Position numbers and translations under genes: made by a program. Below, in pieces: positions 8,740 through 19,800 of a stretch of DNA of 64,000 bases; the stretch's first letter is position 1, and each line of letters opens with the position of its first letter. Source of the DNA: a virus (Duplodnaviria > Heunggongvirae > Uroviricota > Caudoviricetes). The stretch is from positions 124,067-188,066 of the IMG/VR virus record IMGVR_UViG_3300022719_000283. One strand, given 5' to 3'. The notes below the pieces were generated by a model. It was not told the DNA's origin. It saw only the letters and a program-made list of their open reading frames with translations, and made no database searches.

Positions 8740-11700
8740 TAGAGTTCCTCTTCCTCTTCCTCTTCTTCTTCCTCTTCTTCTTCCAGATCGTCTAGAAGAC
8801 TCGGAAGCGTAGGCTCATCGGACACTTCCTCGATAGGATCAGGGGGCAACGGGGTGGACGCTTCGTTGGGATCCAAACCCGGAAGAAGTGTAGGCTCATC
8901 GGGTACTTCCTCGACAGCATCAGGCGGTAACGGGGTGGACGCCACATCGGGATCCAAATCTGGGAGAATACCGGGCCCTGTTTCGGAAAATTCGTCGGGG
9001 TTTGCAGTGCTGGGAGGGTTTTCGGCTGACACCGTCCCTGCATCGGGGGGCGGGTTGTTGGCTCCCGTTCCTGAAGCGCCCGCTCCGGTGGTACGGCCTT
9101 CCTCGAAACTTCCAGCATCGGGAGCCACACCGCTTTGAGCTCCGGAAACCCGTTTCTGTTGAGACGCGTGAGGTCCCGAAAGTTGAATAGCCTCTTCGCT
9201 AGCGAATGCCTCGGGCTTTTCGGTCTCCGTGTCGATGCCCGCAGAGGCAAGGAGATTGTCTCGAGTATATGCCTCCATCGTCACGTCCGCATAGGACCCA
9301 CGACAGATGCAGGCACGGCCGGCTCGGTTGATGAGGTGGGCCGTGAGATCAGACAAGCGATACGCCGCATTGGCAGCCGTCGTTTTGAACACTGGACTCT
9401 TGCCGAAATTCGCTGCGAAGTTGACGAAATTACGGAGAAACTGGGTCTGTGAGATGTCGAAAGATTTCCCTTTCAGAATGTTCGGGTCGTCGCCATTAGC
9501 CTCGAGCAACTCTCGCAAAACATCCTGTCCTCGCGCAGTCTGACCAAGACGTGTCACCGTGGCCGCGAGGTCTTCGGCCGATTGCTCCACCTGGACACGC
9601 TCAAACTCCGTGAGGCCAACCTTCGCCACCACGTCTTTCGCATTGTTGGTGGCTGCCGCGGTGGCAGTGAACTCGGATCCCTGAGCGGCCACGCTGGAGC
9701 TCAACCCTTCAGTGCTCAACGGATCTTGTTTTTGGCTGAAAAGGGACTCCACCGCATCCAGCGCTGCTTTTTTGATGCCGCCGAGGATCGAAGTGTCACC
9801 ATCGATACGTCCTGTCTTGACGAGCGTCATCACCCGCAGGAACTCCTCTGCACTTTGGGCCGTCACATTACGGAAGGGGTCTTTACCGCTGTGGATGAAC
9901 TCGAAGGTCCCTCCAGGCTCCACGGACAGTCCCCGACCATAGCGATAGGCCCCATAGTGTTCGTACCCTTTCTCATCAGACACCGGGAAAACGGGAGAGT
10001 GAATGGGTTTTTCGTCTTTTCCGGTCTTGGCCACCGTCTCAATCACGGCGTTCAAAAGAGTCGAGCCCACCGCTTCGTTCCGGCCCAAGGCTTTCTCGAG
10101 AGCTAGATTGAAGGCGGTGGAGACCTTGGCCATCCGATCTTGTTTACCCGAAGTTCCCTGGCCTGGGATCGAAGTCGACGCGTTTTTGACCGTCTGCTGG
10201 TAGCCGATCCATTTCTCCGGCCCCACCAGGTTGTTACCACGTTCGATCTGTCGAACGATCGAGGTCGCGTAAGCACTTGCCGCAGCCAAGACAGGCCGCT
10301 GACTGCCCTGACCATTCGCTTGGGGGTCCCCCGTCGTCTTGTACCCCGGAACCAAGCCAAGCTGTTTGAAGGTGAAATCTCCGACGGAGATGACAGTGAC
10401 TTCAGGGTCAATGTTTTCGTTCTCTGCGGCCAATTGCTCGAGTACCGAAGGAGGCAACTCCTTGCTTTCGACCGCTACCGCGTCCGCGAAGTCAACAAGT
10501 TGGATCTGACTAGGGTCGAGCTCATCTCCCGTTTCGGGATCAAACTGCGGAATAGGGATCGCCTCAAGATTGGTTCCGATCTCTTCATAGATCGGGCGAA
10601 AGACTGATGCCACCGTAACCGAAGTGTCGTCTAGTTCTTGAGCTGTCATGCTGAAAATCTCGAACACGGCCTTTTGTAGGCTGACAGCATTGAAGGCATA
10701 GGTGCCGCCCGAATTTTGAGACACTCCCGCCACTTCAGTGAACTTACTGGCTTGGTGACGAACGAAATGGACGCGTTGAATTTGGTCTGTCGTAAGCACC
10801 TGGGGCGTGCGGCTGGGCCCCAACGCAACCTGGATTCCTTTGCGACATTTCCCAGTGCTGAGGATAACTTCAGGAGCTCGGCGGTCGGGGGAGGGTCGCT
10901 TGGTCTGCTCCTTAAACTGGACTACGGTGCGGGGGACCTCCAAGGACAGTTCCCGAGTGTCGATAGAGGGAGGCATAGCGGGAGTCACCACCTGTTGTGG
11001 CTCTTCGACCTGGGCCTGTCCTCCCGGAGCGGTCTCTTCCTGTTGTGGCAACAGTGCATTGACAGCATTCAGAGTCCCGAAAATAACAGCGGCAGGATCG
11101 TTACCCTGCAAAAACGCTGCGTCGAATTGTTCAAACTGCTCCGCTAAGGCATCAAGCCTGGCCTGTTGTTCTGGGTCGAAATTTTTCCTGTTTTTGGACC
11201 CTGGGTTTCGAGGGATCTTTCTCCAGGCATCTCGATCATAAGGGGTGTTCGCAAACTCCACCGCCTCCTCGAGACTAAACCCTATACCCCATAACCCCTT
11301 GAAGTACCTCGACTGAGCAGCAATATAAGTTTTGCCGTCAAAATCTACCCCGGCGGGTTCCTTACCTGTTCGGAAATTGAAGATGTTATTTTGCACAAAT
11401 TGGGCCGAGGGTCTTCGATTAGTACCTGTGGTGTCCTGCCATTTATCGCCCCCAGTTCCAGCCCCCGAAGCAATTCTCAAATTCATCTGCGTTCGGTCGC
11501 GGGGGTCCCGCAGCTTTGTTGGTAGGATGCGTACAGCGTACGACGCTGTATTCCGAAGCTGAGCAGCGGTTGCGGTTCCTGGATTAATCCGCAGATTTTC
11601 GTTATCTTGGCCATGATATTTGCTACCCTTTTGGTACGCGCGTCGAGCCCACGAGGGGAGCTCTTGGAACCATCCCAGTGCGTTACCATCCGACCGTGCA

Positions 11701-14513
11701 TCGATCACGAAACGGCTTTCGGCGAATGCCCACTGCAACATGAAGGTCTTCAGCCCTGGGATGCCCGTAATGTCTTCAACCCTCTCGAACAATGCTTCGG
11801 CGCGCGCCTGCTGTTTCCGGCCTTTCCCTTTACGCGTCCGTCGACCTCGCCGGGAGTTTGTTCGGGTACGCCTTCCTGACCGAGTAACTTTCTCAACTTG
11901 CCCGTCATCCCACTGGATGATGGGCATCCCTTGCATCTTCTCGTCAGGATGCGAACACGAGAAATACCGGTAGTTGCCGGGCACTGCCCCGGCCAGGTAC
12001 TGCCCTTTGAGGTGACTCAAGGTCTCGAAGTAGGAAAGACGAACATCCGATCCCGGGATACCATCGATCTTACGGCGAATGGGCTTGTTGCTGCTGGGTT
12101 GAAGGGCTTCGAAGATCTGCACCAGCGTGCTGATGCTTGGAGAGGCCGAAACAACTTCATTGAACCGAATGCGTTCACTTTCAAGCTCTCCTCCAAGTAC
12201 GTCGAGACGATCTGTTGCCGTTACTCGGTCCGATCCGGGGTCCCCCTTGGTTTTACCGCCTGCCTTTTGAGCCAACTTGAACGCATTGAAATTCCGGTCC
12301 TTCTCAGCAACAATATCGGCCTGCGCATTCACACGAGAATCGGCTTGCTGAAGAGGTGTTTGAGCCGACTTAAGATCATCAAACCCACGACGCAAATCAT
12401 CGACTGTAAAGGAGATGAAGTCGTTGGGCCCCGAACCAGTCTGAAGCTTCAAGCTCGTGACTAGTGAGGGGTCTTCGATCACATTTTTGCCGTCCGGGCC
12501 CTGAGCTGGCACTTCGATGTTGAAAGCCTTTAACAGATGAATGTCTCGGACTAGCAAACTAAAGAGTAAGTCACCAGGTGCTTCGACGCTGTCGAAGTAA
12601 TCGATCCCTACCCCGACCACCGAAAAATTCGGGTTGAACTTCCGAGGATCAAGGGCCATCACGACATTTGGAAACCCAACCAGTCGCGAGTTGTCGTTGA
12701 CGTAAGCTTCGAGAGGTCGAGGCGGAAGATCCGGCCGATCCAATCGAATCTGCTTGATGGCCGAATCGCCTTCGTTTTGAGGTTCCAGAAATCCCGGAGC
12801 ATGAAACTTGGCCCGTCGACACGTCAGCACCAAGCTTGTAGTGCACTGGCCTCCAAACGCGAACGAATGGCTAAGCTGGCGGATGTAGTAGTAACAGTCC
12901 GCGAAAGGGATGTAGACCGGGAACCCGGGACGTAGCTCAGCCCGAATCGGGATGGTAGCGGTTGCACTGAACGTGTCGACGTTCAGCATGTCCAGCCTTG
13001 CTACACCGATCCAGAACAGCACCTTGGGGTCGGTGACGTAGGTGAGCTCGAGGGTCGGTGCTGGGCGCCACCCAAACTGAGCCACGAGCTTATAGTCGAT
13101 ATACAGTCCTCGTTTGAGCAGCACCTCATCGGGTGGGGTGGCATCTGTGAGCCCTGGAATCCAGACACCGCGCACGATGATGTAGGTCGCGTTGGGCTCT
13201 TTCTCCGTGAATGTGATGTTGATGATGTCAGAGTCTTCCAGCCGATAGAACCGATTCGGAGCCGTGTCCAGATTCCAGAACGGAGGTTTGAAAACCAGGT
13301 CCCCGTCTACATCCTGGTAAAACTCGTAGCCCGTCACCTCCATCACCCGCTGGGCGATGTCCATCTTCGTCTGATAGGTGGACTGCCAAAGGTTGTTCGC
13401 CCCCATGTCCGCGATCGCCTGGTTGAAGGCGTACATGTCGAGCACGGACAGGTTGAAAAACTCGTTGTCCTGTTGGATGAGAGGCGAGTACGTGAAATCG
13501 GCACCAGCCGCCTGAAGACCCAAACTCTTGGCCACGGAGTATCGAGCTGCAAAAGGATCTGTCACGCTCGACTTCGTCGTGGGGTCGTTGGCAGTCGAAC
13601 TCGTGAGCAACCCGTTTACGTCTCGATTCGTGCCCAGCCAAGCTTGCTGTACACCATTGAAGAGCTGGCCATTGACCCCGTACATTCGCAGGTTTTGAAT
13701 GCGCGTCTTGAAACGCTGCGTCCAGTACATCGAGACCATGCTGAAGAGCTGGCGTCCGTCATTACCCATGCTGGCACCGACAGACGCGGTCCTGTTTGTC
13801 TCTTCACCCAAAGCGAAGTCGACTCCAGCCGCCGATCCGGCAACGTCCCGGTAAAGCGTGTAGATGATCGAGAAGGGGTGGGTGTTGTTGAAGTTGTGAC
13901 CGTAAAGTGTGGGGCGCCCCTGGTCCTGGGTGGGACGTTCGTCCATGGCCATCCACGCGCCCGCCGTCGTGATATTCACGAACTGCCAGAAGTGCAAGAG
14001 CGAGGTGCAGCTAAGAGTCCCGTAGTAAAACCCGTCGCTGTACTCATAGCTAACTTGAGTGATGAGCCCGTGAAAAGCCGGATAGTACGGATAGGTCGCG
14101 TATTTCGACAGATCGAGCTGGTTAGTGTCACTGGGCGACTGTCCGGCACCAGGACCGCTTTGGCGGTTGGCCAGGTGGGCAAACATCCCCCGGATCGGAA
14201 AGTACCCTCGCAGGAAGATGTGCACTTCAAGACCAGGACGCAGAATATTGTACCCGTCGATGAAAACCTGCTTGCCCTGCATACGAGGGAGGGCCAGGTT
14301 GATGGTGGCCGAATGAGACAGAGGATCCGTCCCGGCCTCAACCGACAGCCCTGTCACATACTGCTGGACTTCAATCCGGCCTCGACACCGAGCACATCCA
14401 GGCAACGAGGTGTCCCCATTGATGAACACCAACGCGTCCGGCGTGTACTTCACCACCGTTCGGTTGTTGAGCACCCACGTCCCCACGTAGGGACGCTGCT
14501 TGATATTACTCAT
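8739..14513 (-). CDS. Baseplate hub (gp27-like) with inserted lysozyme/lytic-transglycosylase-like domain and acidic C-tail
   Basis: Hub-like motifs GYEFYQDVDGDLVFKPPFWN and TATIPIRAELRPGFPVYI...YYIRQLSHSF; insert WAFAESRFVIDARSDGNALGWFQ; position between tube initiators and spike. Confidence 0.75.
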   Translation of the reverse strand: MSNIKQRPYVGTWVLNNRTVVKYTPDALVFINGDTSLPGCARCRGRIEVQQYVTGLSVEAGTDPLSHSATINLALPRMQGKQVFIDGYNILRPGLEVHIFLRGYFPIRGMFAHLANRQSGPGAGQSPSDTNQLDLSKYATYPYYPAFHGLITQVSYEYSDGFYYGTLSCTSLLHFWQFVNITTAGAWMAMDERPTQDQGRPTLYGHNFNNTHPFSIIYTLYRDVAGSAAGVDFALGEETNRTASVGASMGNDGRQLFSMVSMYWTQRFKTRIQNLRMYGVNGQLFNGVQQAWLGTNRDVNGLLTSSTANDPTTKSSVTDPFAARYSVAKSLGLQAAGADFTYSPLIQQDNEFFNLSVLDMYAFNQAIADMGANNLWQSTYQTKMDIAQRVMEVTGYEFYQDVDGDLVFKPPFWNLDTAPNRFYRLEDSDIINITFTEKEPNATYIIVRGVWIPGLTDATPPDEVLLKRGLYIDYKLVAQFGWRPAPTLELTYVTDPKVLFWIGVARLDMLNVDTFSATATIPIRAELRPGFPVYIPFADCYYYIRQLSHSFAFGGQCTTSLVLTCRRAKFHAPGFLEPQNEGDSAIKQIRLDRPDLPPRPLEAYVNDNSRLVGFPNVVMALDPRKFNPNFSVVGVGIDYFDSVEAPGDLLFSLLVRDIHLLKAFNIEVPAQGPDGKNVIEDPSLVTSLKLQTGSGPNDFISFTVDDLRRGFDDLKSAQTPLQQADSRVNAQADIVAEKDRNFNAFKLAQKAGGKTKGDPGSDRVTATDRLDVLGGELESERIRFNEVVSASPSISTLVQIFEALQPSSNKPIRRKIDGIPGSDVRLSYFETLSHLKGQYLAGAVPGNYRYFSCSHPDEKMQGMPIIQWDDGQVEKVTRSGRRTRTNSRRGRRTRKGKGRKQQARAEALFERVEDITGIPGLKTFMLQWAFAESRFVIDARSDGNALGWFQELPSWARRAYQKGSKYHGQDNENLRINPGTATAAQLRNTASYAVRILPTKLRDPRDRTQMNLRIASGAGTGGDKWQDTTGTNRRPSAQFVQNNIFNFRTGKEPAGVDFDGKTYIAAQSRYFKGLWGIGFSLEEAVEFANTPYDRDAWRKIPRNPGSKNRKNFDPEQQARLDALAEQFEQFDAAFLQGNDPAAVIFGTLNAVNALLPQQEETAPGGQAQVEEPQQVVTPAMPPSIDTRELSLEVPRTVVQFKEQTKRPSPDRRAPEVILSTGKCRKGIQVALGPSRTPQVLTTDQIQRVHFVRHQASKFTEVAGVSQNSGGTYAFNAVSLQKAVFEIFSMTAQELDDTSVTVASVFRPIYEEIGTNLEAIPIPQFDPETGDELDPSQIQLVDFADAVAVESKELPPSVLEQLAAENENIDPEVTVISVGDFTFKQLGLVPGYKTTGDPQANGQGSQRPVLAAASAYATSIVRQIERGNNLVGPEKWIGYQQTVKNASTSIPGQGTSGKQDRMAKVSTAFNLALEKALGRNEAVGSTLLNAVIETVAKTGKDEKPIHSPVFPVSDEKGYEHYGAYRYGRGLSVEPGGTFEFIHSGKDPFRNVTAQSAEEFLRVMTLVKTGRIDGDTSILGGIKKAALDAVESLFSQKQDPLSTEGLSSSVAAQGSEFTATAAATNNAKDVVAKVGLTEFERVQVEQSAEDLAATVTRLGQTARGQDVLRELLEANGDDPNILKGKSFDISQTQFLRNFVNFAANFGKSPVFKTTAANAAYRLSDLTAHLINRAGRACICRGSYADVTMEAYTRDNLLASAGIDTETEKPEAFASEEAIQLSGPHASQQKRVSGAQSGVAPDAGSFEEGRTTGAGASGTGANNPPPDAGTVSAENPPSTANPDEFSETGPGILPDLDPDVASTPLPPDAVEEVPDEPTLLPGLDPNEASTPLPPDPIEEVSDEPTLPSLLDDLEEEEEEEEEEEEEL

Positions 14514-14516
14514 GGG

Positions 14517-15977
14517 TTAGAGCCCTCCTCCGGTGCCGGTCGGAAAGCGCGTTGTAGAGCCTGGCGACAAGAAAACCCCCGGAGCAATTTCAGGTCCCTG
14601 GAAGGGGCCTCGTCCTTCGAAAGGGTTCACGGTCGGATCCAAGATGGCGGTCCCCGGACTGCCCCCAGCTCCCGGGGGCAAAGTCTGGCCGATGGTGGCG
14701 TTGCTAGGTTGCGACACGATCGATTCGAATTCCGCCTCCGCAGCCGCTCGAGCTTCGGCCCGCAATTGTGCCGGCGAAGGCGTCGGTGAGGGGATAGGTG
14801 CCACTGTACCGGCCTCCGACCGGTCAAAAATGAAGGACGCGACAAAGTCGAAACTGAAATCGACTGCTCCATGCTGTTTGTCTTCGGTGTACGAGTACTG
14901 GAAATTCTCGAAATTGCCGACGTAGAGCCACTGATCGTAGAAGATTTCGATGTTTCCGATGAACAGGTGGGCTTCAGAAGGAGGTCTCCCTCCCGTACCC
15001 CCGTCGTAGATGTATCCGTTGTTCCGGTAGAAAGCGAACAGGCCCATGAGGTTCTGCCACGCTGCGGAATCCCACTTCGAAGCGTATTGGTATCCCGAAA
15101 CCTCCTGGGTCTCGATGCCTCCTAACCCCACATCGTCAAAATTGATGGTGCGCCCTAGTGAGCCCACCACGAAACCAGCAGACCGCCCAGTGACATTGAG
15201 GCGAACCTGCTCCTCACCCCAAGCCTGGAAGATGTAGTTGAACCGATTGCGGTCTTGGTAGACCTGTTTTTTCCCGTACGTGATCTGAAGCTGATCCGGA
15301 TTCACGAGCAGAGTCAAAGGCGGCGTGGCCAGGACCTTGTTAAGCTGCACCAGAACATCTCGAGCCTGGGCCAGGTCGGAAACCGCTGGCTGGTTCGCAC
15401 TGCTTTGATCAACCTTCCCAGGCGAAAACCTTTCTCCGTTATTGGCGATCAGGTCTTGGCTTCTCGTGACACCGGATCCCTGTGTGTCACTGCTAGGACG
15501 GAAGCTACGAGCATCAAAACTGGCCCGCGCGTCCAACTGCCGCTTGAAGTTGTTGTTCGCAGCTTGGGCGGTTTCGATGATGTTGATGTTCTGATTGGCT
15601 GGTGGACGCCCCCCCAGCAAGGCGTTGCGCGCTTCTTCGACCTCTTCCGCCGTCGCCACACCCTCCAGAAATTGTTGTTCTACAGTCTGGAGATTGTCGA
15701 GGGCCTCGTTGAACACCTTTCGAAGAAGCGGATCGAAGGGCCCTTGAGTCCGTGCAGCTCCTTGGCCTAGCAAGGAGTTAACCAGGGCCGCAGGCGGGCG
15801 TACCCGGAACGTGAAGGGGGATCCTCGTCGCGGGTCCCGAAGCCCAGGACGCGTCCCATCCAGTGCGACCGATTCCGAGCCTCTCGCCTGCGGCCGGAAA
15901 TTGGGCCCGTAATCCAGACCTCGATAGCTCGATAATGGCTGGAATCCGGGGAAGTCCTCGTCGGTCAGATCAGCCAT
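14517..15977 (-). CDS. Baseplate/tail-tube initiator-like protein, paralog 2
   Basis: LTLLVNPDQLQITYGK...IFQAWGEEQVRLNVTGRS, homologous to the adjacent 276-aa protein; position between tape measure and hub. Confidence 0.65.
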   Translation of the reverse strand: MADLTDEDFPGFQPLSSYRGLDYGPNFRPQARGSESVALDGTRPGLRDPRRGSPFTFRVRPPAALVNSLLGQGAARTQGPFDPLLRKVFNEALDNLQTVEQQFLEGVATAEEVEEARNALLGGRPPANQNINIIETAQAANNNFKRQLDARASFDARSFRPSSDTQGSGVTRSQDLIANNGERFSPGKVDQSSANQPAVSDLAQARDVLVQLNKVLATPPLTLLVNPDQLQITYGKKQVYQDRNRFNYIFQAWGEEQVRLNVTGRSAGFVVGSLGRTINFDDVGLGGIETQEVSGYQYASKWDSAAWQNLMGLFAFYRNNGYIYDGGTGGRPPSEAHLFIGNIEIFYDQWLYVGNFENFQYSYTEDKQHGAVDFSFDFVASFIFDRSEAGTVAPIPSPTPSPAQLRAEARAAAEAEFESIVSQPSNATIGQTLPPGAGGSPGTAILDPTVNPFEGRGPFQGPEIAPGVFLSPGSTTRFPTGTGGGL

Positions 15978-15980
15978 GAC

Positions 15981-16811
15981 CTACCCTCCTCCACCGGCTG
16001 GGAAACGGGTCGTCGACCCCGGAGGCAGGAACACACCAGGTGCCACTTCAGGCCCGCGGAAGGGGTCTGCAAAGGGGTCCACTGTCGGGTCCAGGATGGA
16101 GGTACCACGGTCTCCTGCCAACTGTGGATTATCCTCCGAGTCGCTTTGGGTAATGGACTGGGCGCTGAAGTTGGAAGCTGCGGCTTCTTGGACCTGATCA
16201 TTGCGAAGACCCAGGTCAGCACTACGCCACCGAAGAATTTCGCGATCCATGATGAAGCGAGTGGAGAGCTCGAACAGGTAAGGCTTTTGAGCAGATTCCG
16301 TTATGACAAACTGACCATCGAACCATCCAATGTGGACCGCGCCATCGAAGGTCATCTTGATGTAGCCCTGGACTACAATGTTGCCGAGCGGGTCGTACAT
16401 CGACCCGTTGTTGTGGAACAATGCAAGCATGTCGAGGTACTTCTCATAGGCGATCGTTTCGCGACGGCCTTGGGTTCCGATACCTCCGGTGATGTTCGAA
16501 AGACCCGAGTAGAGGCGCATGAAACCACCTGTTGCCGATTCGAAGGTGATTTCCTCGGCCGCATCCCCCCAGTGGAACTCCACGAACCCGCCCCGCGTCT
16601 GCGTCCGTTCCGTCTGCTTTCCATAGGACAGGCTCATCGTGCGCGGATTCACGTGCATGACCATCTTGAGTCCTTCCGGAAGCAAGCTCGTTTCGCCGTC
16701 TCCCTTCACGACGTCAAAGATCACAGGTCGATGTCCGTCGCGCTTGTTTCCAAACTCGGGGTCGTCCCCCAATGTCTGGAACGGCTCGAAGACTGGAAGT
16801 TGATCAGGCAT
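15981..16811 (-). CDS. Baseplate/tail-tube initiator-like protein, paralog 1
   Basis: MVMHVNPRTMSLSYGK...VEFHWGDAAEEITFESATG; immediately follows the tape measure gene. Confidence 0.65.
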   Translation of the reverse strand: MPDQLPVFEPFQTLGDDPEFGNKRDGHRPVIFDVVKGDGETSLLPEGLKMVMHVNPRTMSLSYGKQTERTQTRGGFVEFHWGDAAEEITFESATGGFMRLYSGLSNITGGIGTQGRRETIAYEKYLDMLALFHNNGSMYDPLGNIVVQGYIKMTFDGAVHIGWFDGQFVITESAQKPYLFELSTRFIMDREILRWRSADLGLRNDQVQEAAASNFSAQSITQSDSEDNPQLAGDRGTSILDPTVDPFADPFRGPEVAPGVFLPPGSTTRFPAGGGG

Positions 16812-19800
16812 GGCCCAACGTCTTCATCACGCGCATCACCTCGTTGTAGACCTTCTTCGGGTCTCCTCCGTAGATGTTCACGTTCACTGAAGTTTGCCCT
16901 CCAGCACCGGCCTGCGCGATCGGACCTCCGGGTTTGAATCCCATAAGAGTGTCGTTGGGGTCGGTAATGATTGGACGCCCTCCAGGTCGAAGGATGAAGT
17001 CTCCTGCTTTCTTACCTTCTGACAGGAGACCCGTTTTGAGGTTCTTCTCCTCCTCCGTGATGGCCGCGGTATTCTTCTCGATCTCCTTCATCACATCTAC
17101 GGCCGGGTCCTTCTCGGCTTCTTGTTCAACCTGTTTTTGAGCCAACCTGACCAATTCGGGCAGCACGTCTTCGAAGGTCTTTCCACTTTCCTCCGCTGCG
17201 GTTGCTGCGGCGAGCACAGCATCTCTTTGCTGCTTGGAAGCAGCGCCCAAACCAGCCGCTTCACGAATGTCCGCCAGAACAGCCCCGGCGCCTGCTTCGT
17301 ATCCTTGTTCTGCGGCTTTCTCTACATAGGGATCGGCTCCAGAAGTTCCCATCATATGCCCAACGGCTCCTCCAAGGGCCATCCCATGCGGACCCCCAAT
17401 CATGCCGATAGTAGCCCCCAAACGTCGCCTCCCCTTGGTGGTGTCGGTCAGGATGTCCGCTCCTTTGGCATAGGCACCTGACACATCCGCCGTGCCCCCC
17501 ACTCCAAATCCCCCAAGCCCCTCTTCCCGAAGCTGTTTATCGATTTGAGCCTGAATCTGAGCTTGCGTCATCCCCGTCGTGTCCATGCCACGAGCGACGC
17601 TTTCAGCAGCAGCCGCCCTGTCACGAAGATCTGCCAATCTTTCTTGACCCACAGCGCGAGTTTCAAGTTGCTTTTCGAGCATGATCTTTTTCTGGGGATC
17701 CTGTTCCAGTTCAATCTGCTTCTCGAGATCGCGCATGGCTTTACTGTTCTCTTGCATCTTCTTCGTGGCATCAGCCTGGATTGAGAAGAACCGATTAATC
17801 GCCCCAATTCGACCTTGGACACCCGGATCTTCTTTCCCCCAGGCAAGCAAGGCGTCCATCCAGAAGCCATGCAATGCGTCGTAGATCTTGTTCAGAACGA
17901 GAAGCATGTTGGCTTCCATCACATTAGCCATCTTCTCCGTTTGCTGTGAAATCTTACGGGCTAGTTTGATGTCCTCAGTGACATTCTCCTCATCGATCTT
18001 CGCAAAACGCTCTTGCTGAGAAAGCATGAGCTTTTGCTCATCTTCAATGATGGTCCCCGTTTTTTTAGCCTGCCCCTCTGCCGCATCATAGACGGCCGAA
18101 ACGATATTCCCCTGTTCGTCGATGATGGCACCAAATTTGGTCGCGTAGAGTGCCTCCTCTTCAGGGGACATAGGACGCCCCTCTTTCTCGAGGGTCTCCT
18201 GCATTTTCCGCAACTGAGCCATGTCAGCAGCAACGCCTCGCGAAGCATCCAACAGCAACTCGAACGGTTTGCCCGTCATCCCTGTCATCTTCTCCGCCCC
18301 CGCTCTTTGAGCTGTTCCTTGGCTCACAAACTCATGCAGCCGCATACCGTCAAACACTTGACTTTGAGTCAATGCAGCCAGGGTTCCCGCAGTTCCCATG
18401 GTGCTCATGGCGTTGACCTGAGCAGCCAAATCACCTTGACCCGCTTTCGTGGTATCGATTAGATTGTCGAGTCGCTGAATCAGCTCGGGCTCGTACCCTT
18501 CCGCCTTCATCTCTCCCATGAAGGCAGCTCGATCTTTTTCACTCATCTGGCCAAGTTTTCGAAGTAGCTCATCGGGAGACCCGAACATGGATTCTCTCCC
18601 AGCCGTTCGATCAGCAGCGCCCAAATCTCGGAAGATAGAACCGGCCTCTGCTTGAGCCTGCTGCCCGAAAATCTCTGCCATCTGAGGACCGCCCGTTGTC
18701 AAGATCCTCCTCAATCGGTCACCAGTGGACAATTCAGTGAACGCGTTGGCCAACGACCGAGTGAGCTCAGCAGCACCAACCTCTCCCATGATGTTGCTCA
18801 ATTGGCTAAGGGTGGCCCCAACCTCTTCAATTCGAACCGCATAGGCCCCCATGCCGGACACCGCTTCCGCTACAGTGCTTGTAAACCGTTTCATGGAGAA
18901 TCCGGAGGCCAGTGCTTCTTGCCGAATCGCCGACAAGCCCTCGTAGACCCGCTCCATGTCACGGCCAAAATCATTTGACCATGCGCTCATCATGCGAGCC
19001 ATGTCCTGGCTCGTCGTCCCCATCAGTTTTGCGTACCCGATGGCATTTTCAGCAGCATCACCGTAGCCCTTCAGATGAGTGGTGCCGGCTTCGATGTTCT
19101 TCGAAATCTTCTCAAATCCACGTCCGTACTCGTTGAGAGTGCCAAGTGTCTGGAACATCTCTTCACTCGAAGCCCGAAACCCATCCAACTCACTTGAGGC
19201 ATCCAAGATGTCGCCTCGCATGTCCTCCATGGTCTGACGGAACTTGTAAGCAGCCTCCCAAGCACGTCCCCCAATCCCCATGTCCGTTGCGACACCGGTC
19301 TGGAGGATGGATTTGTTCATGTCAACGATGCGGTCGTTGAGGTCCATGAACAACTTGATGAGAGCCAGAACCGCTGCCGCTACGGCTGCAATCGTGACCA
19401 AGGCTGCCCCAATCCCGGCGATAGCCTTGCCCATTTTGGCCATCTTGCCAGCCGACGCTTGCCCTGCCTTTTCAACTGCCTGAGCTTTAGCTTCTGCTCC
19501 CTCGCCTCCATTTTCTCTAATTTCTGCGGCCCTAGCCTCTGCCATCTTTCTTCTACGAGCCGCCTGTTCCAGTCGTCCTCGTCCAGCTTCTTGAACACGA
19601 CCCCCCAATTGACGGGCAACACCTACGTAGCCTGAAGGGTCTCCCGCGAACATTGCCCCTTGAAGTTTCCCAACCTTGTCCGTGAAAGAGTCCGCACCCT
19701 CAGCCCAAGTACGGGCTGCCCTTTTGCTCATGGCCTCGAAGGCATCGACTTGTGCCTTAACTTCGCGTTCGAAACGACGTGTCCGTTTATCGAGAACCCG

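Noticed and set aside
11150-11650. Lower GC of the hub hydrolase insert as a sign of recent acquisition
   Set aside because: Spot counts (25-35 per 60) overlap those elsewhere in the same gene (28 and 35).
14517-16110. Possible diversity-generating retroelement TR/VR pair (also 55140-55320 vs 57950-58130)
   Set aside because: Differences are mostly synonymous and not adenine-specific; no reverse transcriptase in the window.
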